DNA from: a virus | IMG/VR virus record: IMGVR_UViG_3300045391_000822 | Location: 1 to 64,000 of that record | Direction: 5' to 3' (one strand) | Length of the DNA: 64,000 nucleotides | Shown: one piece after another, positions 18,753 to 28,556 of the stretch | Layout of the letters: each line of letters starts with the position of its first letter | Position numbering within the stretch: position 1 is the first letter of the stretch | Made by a program: the position numbers and the translations under genes | Notes under the pieces: generated by a model | Database searches by the model: none | What the model was told of the DNA's origin: nothing | The model's input: only the letters and a program-made list of their open reading frames with translations

Positions 18753-19460
18753 ATGCAAGCCAAGATCCAAACTAAGGAAGTGACGTTCAAGTTGTTAGCA
18801 GTCGAAAAGTTGCCGGTCGCACGTGGTCGTCTCGAAGATGTGTACACGTATGTCAGCACCGACAACCAATTCGGCATTCAGTTCCATGCGCACCCTAGGC
18901 GCGCTTTCAGCTATTCCATTCTCAGAACTCATAACCTGAGTGTGGCGGGTCGGAAAAACTTGACCCGCAATCGGGCGGCCATTATCCAAGCCTTCATCAC
19001 GCAAGGCTTGAATCAAGAAGCCCTAGGTGGTTGGGATTCGGCTATCAAGGAACTCAACACCGAACTTGTTGTCGGTGTGTCGTTGAAGAACGTAGGTGCG
19101 CTCAAGAAGATGGGCGTAAAGAAAACAAAAGTGGTACTGAACGTCGATCGTCTACTGGCTGGTCTTCGAAACCAAGGCGTAATCGTAAAGCACGAAAAAG
19201 GTAAAGAGCGTCTCGATGGCGCGAAGACGTACAGGTTGACCTTTCCAGAGGGTCGCAAGGACGCCTCGTTGTTGCGTGCTGTAATGACCGCAGCAGGCAG
19301 CTGGAAGACCCAAGGTCCAGGAACGTTCCCGTTGATTGACGGTGACAACAAGCAATACTTCATGACTGCTAAGGCAGTGGTCCCGGAAACATGGGATTCG
19401 CAGGCAATGTATGACTCAGCACAACGAATACTCTTCGTGATGGAAGAGGGTAACTGGTAA
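18753..19460 (+). CDS. hypothetical protein
   Basis: AGGTGA RBS, 235 aa. Confidence 0.75.
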   Translation: MQAKIQTKEVTFKLLAVEKLPVARGRLEDVYTYVSTDNQFGIQFHAHPRRAFSYSILRTHNLSVAGRKNLTRNRAAIIQAFITQGLNQEALGGWDSAIKELNTELVVGVSLKNVGALKKMGVKKTKVVLNVDRLLAGLRNQGVIVKHEKGKERLDGAKTYRLTFPEGRKDASLLRAVMTAAGSWKTQGPGTFPLIDGDNKQYFMTAKAVVPETWDSQAMYDSAQRILFVMEEGNW

Positions 19461-19524
19461 ATTGTTCCACGTAGTTCATTTCGCAGTTCAATCGTAAGAC
19501 CTCCTAACGTACAAGGAATTCATC

Positions 19525-19764
19525 ATGTCGAAAATCATCGTATCGGTCGATTTCAATGGCCGCAGCAAAGACGTCGTTTTCAAATCGACGCATGGTCGGT
19601 ACAAGGCCATACCGATGGGCATCAACAAGCCGGAGCTGACCATCAGCCATAAGAAGGGTGCGTGGTTCGGATCTGCGAAGATTCGCAATCAGCGCGTTCA
19701 AACGGAGGGCATGAAGACCCCGCACGCGGTTTTCCAGGCCATGGTAAAAGAATACTGGCAGTAA
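19525..19764 (+). CDS. small basic hypothetical protein
   Basis: AAGGA RBS. Confidence 0.7.
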   Translation: MSKIIVSVDFNGRSKDVVFKSTHGRYKAIPMGINKPELTISHKKGAWFGSAKIRNQRVQTEGMKTPHAVFQAMVKEYWQ

Positions 19765-19786
19765 TTTCCGAAGGAAGAGGACTTCG

Positions 19787-20047
19787 ATGAAGAAGCTTAT
19801 CAGTAGAGCAGTGGCACGTGAAGCAGCTCTTTATTTCCATGGTCTGGAAAAACAAGGAGAGCTTCACCGTAGGGCTGAAATCTTTGTCACCCAAGACAAA
19901 GTTCGGTTTCTTTGGGTCGAAGTCCTCTACGAAGACGGCAAGGTAAAGGTGTCCACGTATAGCGGTGCTCCTAAGCAGGACGGCAGCAACGTAACCGACA
20001 CAGTGGTAGGTAGTATCAAGGATTACTATCAAGTCTACGGACTTTGA
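19787..20047 (+). CDS. hypothetical protein
   Basis: GAGGA RBS. Confidence 0.7.
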   Translation: MKKLISRAVAREAALYFHGLEKQGELHRRAEIFVTQDKVRFLWVEVLYEDGKVKVSTYSGAPKQDGSNVTDTVVGSIKDYYQVYGL

Positions 20048-20107
20048 AGCTGCATCAGCTCGCGGTCAACGTAGTTATAAGCTGTCCAACGTATAGGACC
20101 TCGACAT

Positions 20108-20566
20108 ATGAAGAAAGAGTATCAGACAAATCTGTCCGTCGCGTCGGTGCGCATGATCTGCAATGGTTTGAAAACCCAGATCAAGTCGCAACCGAAGTAT
20201 AAACGACAAGAAATGCCTGAGCTTATTCGTTTGCAACGTTTCATGCTCAAACACCTGAGTGGTTCGCTGATGGCCTTCAACAAGAAGCGCCATCAGCATA
20301 TCGTTCTCAGCGTCGTGGCAAAGCACGTGGAACTGGCTGACGTAATAACTAGTGCGGCTCGTCAGTCGTTGTTGGAACTGCACCTGAAAGGTACGCAGAC
20401 CTTCCAACATACCAAGGACATGTGCTGGGTTGTCGATAGAATGGACACGATGAAGGCTTACGTGCTCTACCCTGAACTTCGTTGTGCGAAGTGCAGGTGC
20501 GTTGGTGACAAGCGTAGTTTGCTGCTGTTTGGTGGCTACTGCGGTCGGCATTCTTGCAAGAACTGA
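20108..20566 (+). CDS. hypothetical protein with C-terminal Cys/His cluster
   Basis: CAKC...YCGRHSC. Confidence 0.7.
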   Translation: MKKEYQTNLSVASVRMICNGLKTQIKSQPKYKRQEMPELIRLQRFMLKHLSGSLMAFNKKRHQHIVLSVVAKHVELADVITSAARQSLLELHLKGTQTFQHTKDMCWVVDRMDTMKAYVLYPELRCAKCRCVGDKRSLLLFGGYCGRHSCKN

Positions 20567-20575
20567 GGAAGGAAC

Positions 20576-20818
20576 ATGATGAGCAAAGAAGAGATTTTCC
20601 GCGAAACTCTGCGCCGTGCTGTGATGCTGCAGGACGCAGGTATTGCAGGAACACCGACTGTGGTAAAGCAGTTGGCAAACCGAATCGCAGTGGACATGCG
20701 AGCGCTTCTCGCAATGGTCGACGAGAAAGAAATACCGGACACCCCTCAGCTGGTTGAGCAGAGGTTACGCGACATGCGTGCCCTTGCATTGCTGGTAGGG
20801 AACTCCCCTGTCCATTGA
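20576..20818 (+). CDS. hypothetical protein
   Basis: AAGGA RBS. Confidence 0.65.
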   Translation: MMSKEEIFRETLRRAVMLQDAGIAGTPTVVKQLANRIAVDMRALLAMVDEKEIPDTPQLVEQRLRDMRALALLVGNSPVH

Positions 20819-20829
20819 AGGAGAGCTCA

Positions 20830-20979
20830 ATGGAGAGCTATTCGTGGGAATACTGTGACGGCTACAACTCCGCGGCGTTCGGTCTGGAACGAGATAGAAG
20901 TCGTTCAGCGGAGTGGCTGCAAGGTTATGACGCGTTCAACGATGACATGACACGTAGTGAAAGCGAGCGTTTTGCCTAA
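20830..20979 (+). CDS. 49-aa protein with Rmf/CrpP-like pattern
   Basis: AGGAG RBS; YCDGYNSAAFG...EWLQGY. Confidence 0.45.
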   Translation: MESYSWEYCDGYNSAAFGLERDRSRSAEWLQGYDAFNDDMTRSESERFA

Positions 20980-21017
20980 GTAGTTTCTTATCAACATCTC
21001 TTGTGATGGAGAGTACC

Positions 21018-21626
21018 ATGACTCAAGCTGACAATACCAAAGAATCCCTGGCTTCCCAAATGCCGACCGAGACGTCCGTACCGGAGCAGGTACCGGAGAA
21101 GGCGCTTAAGAAGCCGAAAGGCGTCAAGCCAGGCGCGTTGAAGTTCCGATCGCAGTGGTTGACTGCTAAGCAGGAATTGGTCAACGCCAACAGCCTCGTC
21201 CAGTTCTTGGGCGGCCTGCATACGTTCTTTGATGAACCCCGTTTCCGCATGGCGGTGGCCAAATCGGTGGACGGAAAGGGTGATCCAATCGAAATTGTGT
21301 GGAAACGGGTGCAAGGTTCCCGAATCTCGGAATTGGTTTTTCCGATGGCAAAGACTGCCAAGGGCATACCGATGGTTGTGGCAGAGGCGACACTCGGTCT
21401 GGAGTTCGGTGAAACCCTGGCCAAGTTGTTGGGCGGTTTGGCTGATGGAATGAACAAAGACCGTCTCTACCTCCACCAACTCCTGTGGCTGTCCGATCCC
21501 AAGGACGACCGTACTGGTGAATACATCAATTTTGCGTTCATGGTAACAGACTGCCATCCGCAAGCTGTGTTGACCGGCGCTACGGTTCTGGTGGTTCGAC
21601 CGATCGAACTGGTTGACGAGCAATAA
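21018..21626 (+). CDS. hypothetical protein
   Basis: GGAG RBS. Confidence 0.7.
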   Translation: MTQADNTKESLASQMPTETSVPEQVPEKALKKPKGVKPGALKFRSQWLTAKQELVNANSLVQFLGGLHTFFDEPRFRMAVAKSVDGKGDPIEIVWKRVQGSRISELVFPMAKTAKGIPMVVAEATLGLEFGETLAKLLGGLADGMNKDRLYLHQLLWLSDPKDDRTGEYINFAFMVTDCHPQAVLTGATVLVVRPIELVDEQ

Positions 21627-21701
21627 GGTTAACGTCACTCTAATCAATTGGGTGGTTACCTCCGGGTAACCACCTGTGTCCATATCAGCTTAGGAACTAA
21701 A

Positions 21702-22637
21702 ATGATTTCGCAAAATCCCGTGATCGCCCTGCTGGACTCCGTTTACAAAGATGGTCAACAAAAGTCAATTCTGACACAGCACGCATTCCGTGGCGCGGCG
21801 TCAGAAGTTGTTGATAGCTTTGCCCAGCAGTTGTTGGACAACAACGGCTCGGAAGATGAAGAAGAAGCGCTCCGATCATCGGATCTAGGCACAGCCTTGA
21901 CGGGGTTGGAGTCTGCTGTATTCAGGAACGGACTCAAGCAGGAGTTCCTAAAAGGTATGGGCGACACCCATTTCAGCAATGATTTCGAGGAAGTCAATTC
22001 GTTGCTTGCACAGAACGGTTTTGAAAAGGTTCATACGTTCAAGTTCTGGCCTGTTGATGATCAAGGGGTCGAAGTTACGACCGATTCTCAGCTAGAGGAA
22101 AATCTGGTCATCTGGGCTCGTCGTGACCAAGGGCTGGTGGTATCTGTCGAGTCCTATACCGCGTCGGACAAGAATTCCAATTATTTCCGGCGTGGTGCTA
22201 ACACCATACATCTGTTCTACGCTTGGCGTGATGCCCAGCTTATTACGAGATCATACTCGTTACGGTCCAATGGGGAGTTGGTGTCCCCAGGCACGCCGAA
22301 CTGGCGTCAAGAATACCGAGATGCCGTCGATAACGGTGACGTGTACAAGATGCCTGACGATCTAACGTTTGTCGGTCGTTACGATGCGCGTGAAGGTATG
22401 TTCCTACATATTCGGCAGCTGATGCGTAGCGGTACGCTGTTACCGACGCATCCTCCTGGTCGTGATAACTTTGGACATATCTACGGTGTTGGTTTCTACA
22501 CCGACTATAAGAGAAAGGAATTTCTCGGAGACGATGGTCGATTTAATCATCGGAACTACGACGGTATCCGTGAGCTCCACAAGCAGCGACTTGCTGAGTT
22601 GCCTCAGTGGTTCCGTGAAATGGTAGGTCGCGAATAA
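21702..22637 (+). CDS. hypothetical protein
   Basis: AGGA RBS, 311 aa. Confidence 0.75.
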   Translation: MISQNPVIALLDSVYKDGQQKSILTQHAFRGAASEVVDSFAQQLLDNNGSEDEEEALRSSDLGTALTGLESAVFRNGLKQEFLKGMGDTHFSNDFEEVNSLLAQNGFEKVHTFKFWPVDDQGVEVTTDSQLEENLVIWARRDQGLVVSVESYTASDKNSNYFRRGANTIHLFYAWRDAQLITRSYSLRSNGELVSPGTPNWRQEYRDAVDNGDVYKMPDDLTFVGRYDAREGMFLHIRQLMRSGTLLPTHPPGRDNFGHIYGVGFYTDYKRKEFLGDDGRFNHRNYDGIRELHKQRLAELPQWFREMVGRE

Positions 22638-22664
22638 TCGTAGATCCGTTCAGGAGGATTAGGA

Positions 22665-23159
22665 ATGAACTATATGCAAGCGCGAAGCATCTTCTTTGTT
22701 GAACGGACACGAGAAGTTCTCGCTTTCATGAAAGAACACCCTGACGTGCATCATATTGTTATCATGCCTGCGTTTTCACGTCATGATGTTCTTGGTGATA
22801 TGTTCGATCGACAACGTTGCCTTAAGGAACGGGTTCCCTATTGTGCGTCCACAGCGCCGTTCCCTCAACGGCGTTTGTACCTTGATCAGCTCGAAACCTG
22901 GCTCAATCATCCTGCAGAGCCAGGTTTCACGTTGTTAAGTAGCTCATGGGCGTACATGGGCTGGCGTGTTGCGCAACACACGGACACCAAAATTATGGTA
23001 TCCTGGGTAGCAACAGTGACACCTGACATATCAGGAACGGACTCTGCTTCGGCCGAAGTAGAGCAAGCTCTTAGTCGGTACATCGGGCTGGATGGGGTAC
23101 GAGCAGGTATAGGAATCATCCCTGCTCGTAAACCTTTTGGATTGATAAGCAAGGAATAG
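22665..23159 (+). CDS. hypothetical protein
   Basis: AGGAGG RBS. Confidence 0.7.
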   Translation: MNYMQARSIFFVERTREVLAFMKEHPDVHHIVIMPAFSRHDVLGDMFDRQRCLKERVPYCASTAPFPQRRLYLDQLETWLNHPAEPGFTLLSSSWAYMGWRVAQHTDTKIMVSWVATVTPDISGTDSASAEVEQALSRYIGLDGVRAGIGIIPARKPFGLISKE

Positions 23160-23161
23160 GT

Positions 23162-23362
23162 ATGGAGATTCGTAAAAAGATTACCTACGAAGACGCTGGT
23201 ACGTTTCTTTATCTCGCTAGGACACGAGCGGCTCTTCAGCATCAGCGGTTGGGTCAATTGCTTATAAATGAGCTTGACCCTTCTAATACCAATCCTGAGA
23301 TCTTCTACTCGGAAGACGAGCGAAAGGTCGAAGCATGGTTTTACACGACGTGGGTGGCCTAA
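23162..23362 (+). CDS. hypothetical protein
   Basis: QRLGQ...P.IFY motif typical of small phage proteins. Confidence 0.6.
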   Translation: MEIRKKITYEDAGTFLYLARTRAALQHQRLGQLLINELDPSNTNPEIFYSEDERKVEAWFYTTWVA

Positions 23363-23841
23363 TGAAAGCCTTGTTTCCTTTTACAGCCCATAATGTTAGC
23401 CATGATCCTTGGTTAAGCTCGTGGATTCAACTGCACCGTAGCATGTTGAATGAGAAACATGGACACCGTACGTTCACTGGTAATGCCGAACGCGATCGTG
23501 AAAAGCATTTTACTTTCTACGAAGCGTCAGCCGAGATAACATCGGAGGACACCGCAGTCATCTACTTCTACGGTATGGAAGACAGCGTCCTTGGTGGCCG
23601 AGGTCCACTTGAAGTGGAAAAGAAGGCCAAGGCCTTGAAGATATACCCCTCCTTCCAGAAATTGGTAGAACGCAGAAAGGTCTGTCTAGTGACAGAGAGT
23701 ATCCTTGCCCAGGATCGAGAGGACCGTATCCGGCGTCTCCAAACCCGCATAGAAGAGAAGCATTACGCTGCCTTCAATCATTTCGTCTCCGATGAGATGA
23801 GAGAAGCAATTCGTAATGAGCTTGCGTTGAGGATAGATTAG
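23362..23841 (+). CDS. hypothetical protein
   Basis: TAATG coupling. Confidence 0.65.
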   Translation: MKALFPFTAHNVSHDPWLSSWIQLHRSMLNEKHGHRTFTGNAERDREKHFTFYEASAEITSEDTAVIYFYGMEDSVLGGRGPLEVEKKAKALKIYPSFQKLVERRKVCLVTESILAQDREDRIRRLQTRIEEKHYAAFNHFVSDEMREAIRNELALRID

Positions 23842-23843
23842 CT

Positions 23844-24572
23844 ATGAGGATCAAATCCAAGTTCAAAGATTACTATGACTTCCTGGGTGGGGTTCATGGC
23901 GAGGATCCCAACATAAACTATGTTCGGTTACCTCATAAAGGTGATCTGTACGAACAACGGGATTACAAATCCGGTAAACTCGTGACTAAGATGGTGGAGC
24001 ACGATTTCTTTTCAGTACCTGTCATCGTCGGTCTGCCTCATTTCCAATTGAAGGACGAATGGTCTGATCGTGGTTGGAAAGTAGATACTATCTACGTATG
24101 TGGAATAGCGTACTGCATCATTGGATTCGAAGCCAAAACCGAAATGGTTCATCGCAATAAACAGTGGGTCTACGAGAAGAAAGGCGAAGACATACCGTTT
24201 ACTGTGTTTGATCTCGATCATCAGTTTGCGAAGGACTACGTCATCTGGGCTGAAAGATTGCTGCCACAGCAGCATCGGTCTATAGCAGAACTACACAAAG
24301 TATCGGGTATGCCGGTTTGCAGAACATCTGGTTCTTTGAGCTGGGGTAGCAAGACTACTCTGATCGATACTCGTGTGCCTGTTCTGTCTGACTATAATTT
24401 TGGAAAAATTCTTCCGCCGGAAAAGATTTGGCAGGACATTCAGTATTGGTTATCTAACCTTATCAATGAAAGTCCTGATATGGCTCCGCCTCCGCGTCCT
24501 CCTCAATCCAACGCAGAAAAATTGGACGCACACGGTTTCGATAAACGTTGGTCTTTCCGTCATAGGAAATGA
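23844..24572 (+). CDS. conserved phage hypothetical protein
   Basis: MRIKSKFKDYYD...HGFDKRWSFRHRK termini. Confidence 0.75.
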   Translation: MRIKSKFKDYYDFLGGVHGEDPNINYVRLPHKGDLYEQRDYKSGKLVTKMVEHDFFSVPVIVGLPHFQLKDEWSDRGWKVDTIYVCGIAYCIIGFEAKTEMVHRNKQWVYEKKGEDIPFTVFDLDHQFAKDYVIWAERLLPQQHRSIAELHKVSGMPVCRTSGSLSWGSKTTLIDTRVPVLSDYNFGKILPPEKIWQDIQYWLSNLINESPDMAPPPRPPQSNAEKLDAHGFDKRWSFRHRK

Positions 24573-24573
24573 T

Positions 24574-24846
24574 ATGAGCATGGAACTGCATGAAGCGATC
24601 AAGAGAAACGTAGAGTTCGCAGAGTTCTATCAAGACGAGCTGCGCGAGCTCGCAGAGCAGATTTCTTTCGTTAATAAGAAGGCTGGTGATCGCCTTCTCA
24701 CGATTGCAAAGGGTATCGTCGCGTCCGCTGACACCGTACAGATAGCATACAGAGAAGATCTTAGTGCTAATGTGCGACGTCAAGAACAGACGATGGGTAA
24801 TTGGTTGTCACTACTTATGAGTGACAAGGTTAAGTTCGTTGCCTAA
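24574..24846 (+). CDS. hypothetical protein
   Basis: ORF in operon. Confidence 0.6.
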   Translation: MSMELHEAIKRNVEFAEFYQDELRELAEQISFVNKKAGDRLLTIAKGIVASADTVQIAYREDLSANVRRQEQTMGNWLSLLMSDKVKFVA

Positions 24847-24856
24847 AAGGTGTTCC

Positions 24857-25207
24857 ATGGAAAAGTATATCATACTTGATCAGGTTGAGTTGCTGGTCAA
24901 GGACTATAAAGAAAACGGTCCCTACCGTCTTGATGAGGAGCGCGAAGACGCGGCTGCTGCCGTACAGATCATCAATGACTGTCCTGAAGCTGTCGAGATC
25001 CTTAAAGCTGCAGGTGTCATGTTCAGTATGATTGGTGATGAAGCTGCTGTCTTTTCCCGAGCCGACCTCGAAGCAATCGGAGGTGTAGTATTTTCCGAAT
25101 CTGAAATGGAAGATATAGTCGATCGTAACGACGGTGACATCGATTCGGTTGTTCGGGATCTAGTGATTGAAACGAATAAAGTTCTTGGCGACAAGAAGGT
25201 TCATTGA
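24857..25207 (+). CDS. acidic hypothetical protein
   Basis: AGGT RBS. Confidence 0.65.
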   Translation: MEKYIILDQVELLVKDYKENGPYRLDEEREDAAAAVQIINDCPEAVEILKAAGVMFSMIGDEAAVFSRADLEAIGGVVFSESEMEDIVDRNDGDIDSVVRDLVIETNKVLGDKKVH

Positions 25208-25455
25208 TGCAGAAGATATTCGAAACCAAAGAATGGCACCAGAAAAGTTTGGCCAATAAGGAGTTGCTGCGCGACGCCGGTGACAATTGTGGCTGCTTCG
25301 GTTGTTGCAAAACACTCTCGTTTTCGGATATCACCGAATACGTGTCCGACAAAGGCGGCGAAACGGCACTGTGTCCTTACTGCGAAATGGACGCCGTTAT
25401 TCCGTCCAACGACGAAGTTCTTCTGAACAAGATGTTTGACGAATGGATGACTTAA
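25207..25455 (+). CDS. small Zn-finger-like protein
   Basis: CGCFGC...TALCPYCEMDAVIP. Confidence 0.7.
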   Translation: MQKIFETKEWHQKSLANKELLRDAGDNCGCFGCCKTLSFSDITEYVSDKGGETALCPYCEMDAVIPSNDEVLLNKMFDEWMT

Positions 25456-25676
25456 AGGTTTTCGATTGGTTACGGAGCCTACACAAGGTATGTAGGTTCA
25501 TGAGCGTGGAAAAACCATGCACTGTTGCGAGTAACAGTGAGCTTCAACGTTGGATTAAGGACGGAAGCATACTCGTAAATAGTAAGAGAATGGCACCTAA
25601 TGATGTCCTGGCATTCCCAGTAACGTCGTTGGTGTTGTTTCCCAAATCGCAACATCGCCGAACAACTGTTTGGTAA
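25443..25676 (+). CDS. stand-alone S4-like RNA-binding domain protein
   Basis: SNSELQRWIKDGSILVNSKRM matches S4 alpha-L motif. Confidence 0.55.
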   Translation: MDDLKVFDWLRSLHKVCRFMSVEKPCTVASNSELQRWIKDGSILVNSKRMAPNDVLAFPVTSLVLFPKSQHRRTTVW

Positions 25677-25688
25677 GAGGAACAACCC

Positions 25689-26522
25689 ATGTTGGTAAAC
25701 TTGATTGACAGCGCCTTGCTCAGCGATATGTACGACGCCTTGGAAGCAGAGGGTTTCGACGAAATCGTGAAGGCGACGGCATGGTCAGATGTAGGTCTTT
25801 GCCGGGCTGTCATGCTTCGACATAAGACTCTCCCGCCGGAAGATCGCATGGAGGGAATTCTCCTGAAGCTCAACGAGGGCGGCGCCTTGCGTATGGTCGT
25901 ACAAGGTAACGATGGGCCTTCACAGGCAGTTGTGTCGGCAGCCGATTTTGTTGAGAAGTTTGATTTCTTTCTTGCTGAAGACGTACTTCAGTTTCTAGAA
26001 GATTACGAAATCGATGATGGCGAGGAAGACTGGGAGGATGACGAAGAAGAAAGTGACAATGAGGACGAGGACGAAGAAGAGGACACTGAAAGCCAAACTG
26101 GTTACGATCCTGACAACCTACAGATTATTAATCTGTTCGAAATGATAGCCGAACTCCAATCCTTGGATTTCTCTATCCGCAATATGGCAAGTCTCAGCGA
26201 AGATTGGATGGAGCCGGCAGCCCGAGAAGGTATGCCGGAAGTAGGGGATCTGTTCGTAACTCGCGATCTGACGGATGCCTTCCGCGTGTTCCAACTGCGA
26301 AGTGACAGCCCGTTCCAGGTTGTATCCGTTAGTCCAGGTGACCTACAAGGAAGTGTCATCGATGGTGCAGAAGTTATTGCTACCTATCAGTTCCTGCCAT
26401 CCGTAGATGGAAAGCATCAACTGGAATACTGGGCGTTAGATCGTCTTATTGATCTTGCTCAACATCTGGACCCGGATGACGAAGACGAGTTTGAAGAGGA
26501 AGACGACGAGGAAGAAGATTGA
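25689..26522 (+). CDS. acidic two-domain hypothetical protein
   Basis: GAGGA RBS; two D/E tracts. Confidence 0.75.
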   Translation: MLVNLIDSALLSDMYDALEAEGFDEIVKATAWSDVGLCRAVMLRHKTLPPEDRMEGILLKLNEGGALRMVVQGNDGPSQAVVSAADFVEKFDFFLAEDVLQFLEDYEIDDGEEDWEDDEEESDNEDEDEEEDTESQTGYDPDNLQIINLFEMIAELQSLDFSIRNMASLSEDWMEPAAREGMPEVGDLFVTRDLTDAFRVFQLRSDSPFQVVSVSPGDLQGSVIDGAEVIATYQFLPSVDGKHQLEYWALDRLIDLAQHLDPDDEDEFEEEDDEEED

Positions 26523-26675
26523 AAATAAATTATCCAAGTCTATACTCGAAAGGGGTCATTACGAAAAGTGCTGATCCTTCTCGTGTAGGGCAAATAATTT
26601 TTATTCCGCCTTCTGTGATGAAGGCAATAATCAAGCTCCAATCGAAGTTGGAGCACTCATCTAAAGGTGATGGTA

Positions 26676-27410
26676 ATGCTTGACTTCTCTGATAAGGAGA
26701 AACGAGCCGCAGGTGTAGCCAAATGGGCTGTAGCTGTCGTGGGTCTCGCTATCCTTGCTCCTGTGGTGTTCACTGCCTTACAGGGTATGTTGGCTCTCGC
26801 AGTATTTGTTGGTCTCGGTGTCGCTATCGTGAACTTCGCTCCGTTGTTTGGACGCCTAGTTGGCATTTGGCGCGTGAAGGGCTTGAAGAAATTGGCGGAA
26901 GCCAATCCAATCGAGACATTGGAGATCTACCTATCCCAACGTCGACAACGGTTGGTTGACGATTATGGTTCCCGAGAAGACTATGCCGCTTCATTGGAAG
27001 TCCAACGCGGCCAGATAGTGGCATACGAGAAGGAGTTTCCGGATGGTTCCCAGGAGTTGTGGGACCAATACAATGAAGACGTGAAACTCTTGCAGGCAGC
27101 AGAATCTGACGCTACCGAGGAGAACCAAAACATCGTTGAAGCGGAAACCAAACTTCGTCAATTGAAGATGAAGTACAACATCTCGCAAGGCCGCGCACAG
27201 ATGGCGAAGACCATGAAGGGGCGTACTCTTGTGTCCGAAGACGATAGAACTTCTGTCAAAGCTGCTATCGAATCCATCGAGACGGCGTCGGCACGTTCGT
27301 CGGCAACGCTCAAACGTCTTGTTGTTCAGCGTGAACAGCGTGTGGGCATGTCGTCCAGTATCAATGAGCTGCGCCTCAAGCCTGTCCAACAAGTCAAGGA
27401 GCTCGCATGA
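26676..27410 (+). CDS. membrane-anchored coiled-coil protein (PspA-like architecture)
   Basis: two N-terminal TM segments then long helical region. Confidence 0.65.
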   Translation: MLDFSDKEKRAAGVAKWAVAVVGLAILAPVVFTALQGMLALAVFVGLGVAIVNFAPLFGRLVGIWRVKGLKKLAEANPIETLEIYLSQRRQRLVDDYGSREDYAASLEVQRGQIVAYEKEFPDGSQELWDQYNEDVKLLQAAESDATEENQNIVEAETKLRQLKMKYNISQGRAQMAKTMKGRTLVSEDDRTSVKAAIESIETASARSSATLKRLVVQREQRVGMSSSINELRLKPVQQVKELA

Positions 27411-27559
27411 AGTTTCGCATCGCTATGACCTTGTTGGTCCTCGTTATAGGTCTTCTGGGGTATCTGGCTTTCGGACGTGACGTGCCGTCATCGCATTCAC
27501 GATCGTCTGCTTCGAGTTCTACGCAGAACGACTCGTTCAAGAATTTCAAGATGCCCTGA
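27407..27559 (+). CDS. small membrane protein (50 aa)
   Basis: AAGGAG RBS, ATGA overlap, single TM. Confidence 0.55.
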   Translation: MKFRIAMTLLVLVIGLLGYLAFGRDVPSSHSRSSASSSTQNDSFKNFKMP

Positions 27560-27602
27560 GCTAACCAGCTCGATTCAAACCCCTTCCCATAAAAGGATTC
27601 TC

Positions 27603-28556
27603 ATGAATATGTTCAAGCAAGTTAGCGGTGGATTCAAGCGCGGTGCGATGATCCTTATCGCTGGTGCAGTAATGGCAAGCGTTTCGATGGTGGCCCATGC
27701 GCAGCAACTGTTGGTTGCCGTCGGAGCCCCGGAAGGCACCTACGCCAAGATGTTCGATCAGGCAACGGCCGTTTGCCAACAGAAGATTGTTCTCGTGCAA
27801 TACAAGCCGGCAACAACTGGTTCAGTTCAGAATGTGGAACTGTTGATGTCCAACAAGGTTAACGCTGGTATTGTGCAAGCCGACGTATTGTTCTATCGAG
27901 CAATGACCGACACCCGCACGGCCAGTACGGTCAAGACACTCTTTGGTTTGGCACCGGAAGAAATCCACCTGATCGCACGCGCAGACGGCGTGAAGGACGG
28001 AGGTTTCCTGGGATTCGGTGGTACGCGAGTGATTTTCAATGATCTGGCGGATCTCGATGGCCGCAATATCGGAGCGGTCGGTGGCTCTGTTATTACCGCA
28101 AACATCTTGGCAGCTCAGGCTGGCATCAAGATGAATGTGATCAACTTCAACTCGAACCCAGAAGCTCTGCAAGCCCTTCAGGAAAAGAAGATTGATGCGG
28201 TAGTAGTGGTAGGTGGTCAGCCGATGCCTGTTGTGTCTGCGCTGAGTTCGGACTACAAGCTGCTGTCAATCTCCGACAAGTTCGCTGAGAAGCTGACTGC
28301 GTTCTACACCAAGGCTTCCCTGAACTACCAGAATGTCGGTGCTAACGGTACGCCTACGTTGGCTACTCAAGCCCTTTTCGTCACGCGAGACTACCGTACA
28401 CCGGACATGGTCGAAGCGTTGACCACCTTCCGTTCGTGCGTGCGTTCCAATCTGCAAACTCTGCAAGAGACGCTGGGCAATCATGAGAAGTGGCAAGACG
28501 TGAAAGTCGGCGCTGATGGCAAGTGGCCTCTTTATGATCGTAAGGTAGGTCAGTGA
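27603..28556 (+). CDS. TAXI-family TRAP solute-binding protein
   Basis: signal peptide, G..GTY, TTGSVQNVELL, AGIVQADV, EEIHLIAR, IDAVVVVGGQP. Confidence 0.8.
   Translation: MNMFKQVSGGFKRGAMILIAGAVMASVSMVAHAQQLLVAVGAPEGTYAKMFDQATAVCQQKIVLVQYKPATTGSVQNVELLMSNKVNAGIVQADVLFYRAMTDTRTASTVKTLFGLAPEEIHLIARADGVKDGGFLGFGGTRVIFNDLADLDGRNIGAVGGSVITANILAAQAGIKMNVINFNSNPEALQALQEKKIDAVVVVGGQPMPVVSALSSDYKLLSISDKFAEKLTAFYTKASLNYQNVGANGTPTLATQALFVTRDYRTPDMVEALTTFRSCVRSNLQTLQETLGNHEKWQDVKVGADGKWPLYDRKVGQ

Noticed and set aside
3214-25581. CGTAAATA copies at 3214, 3903 and 25574 as promoters
   Set aside because: They fall inside coding frames and may be chance matches.
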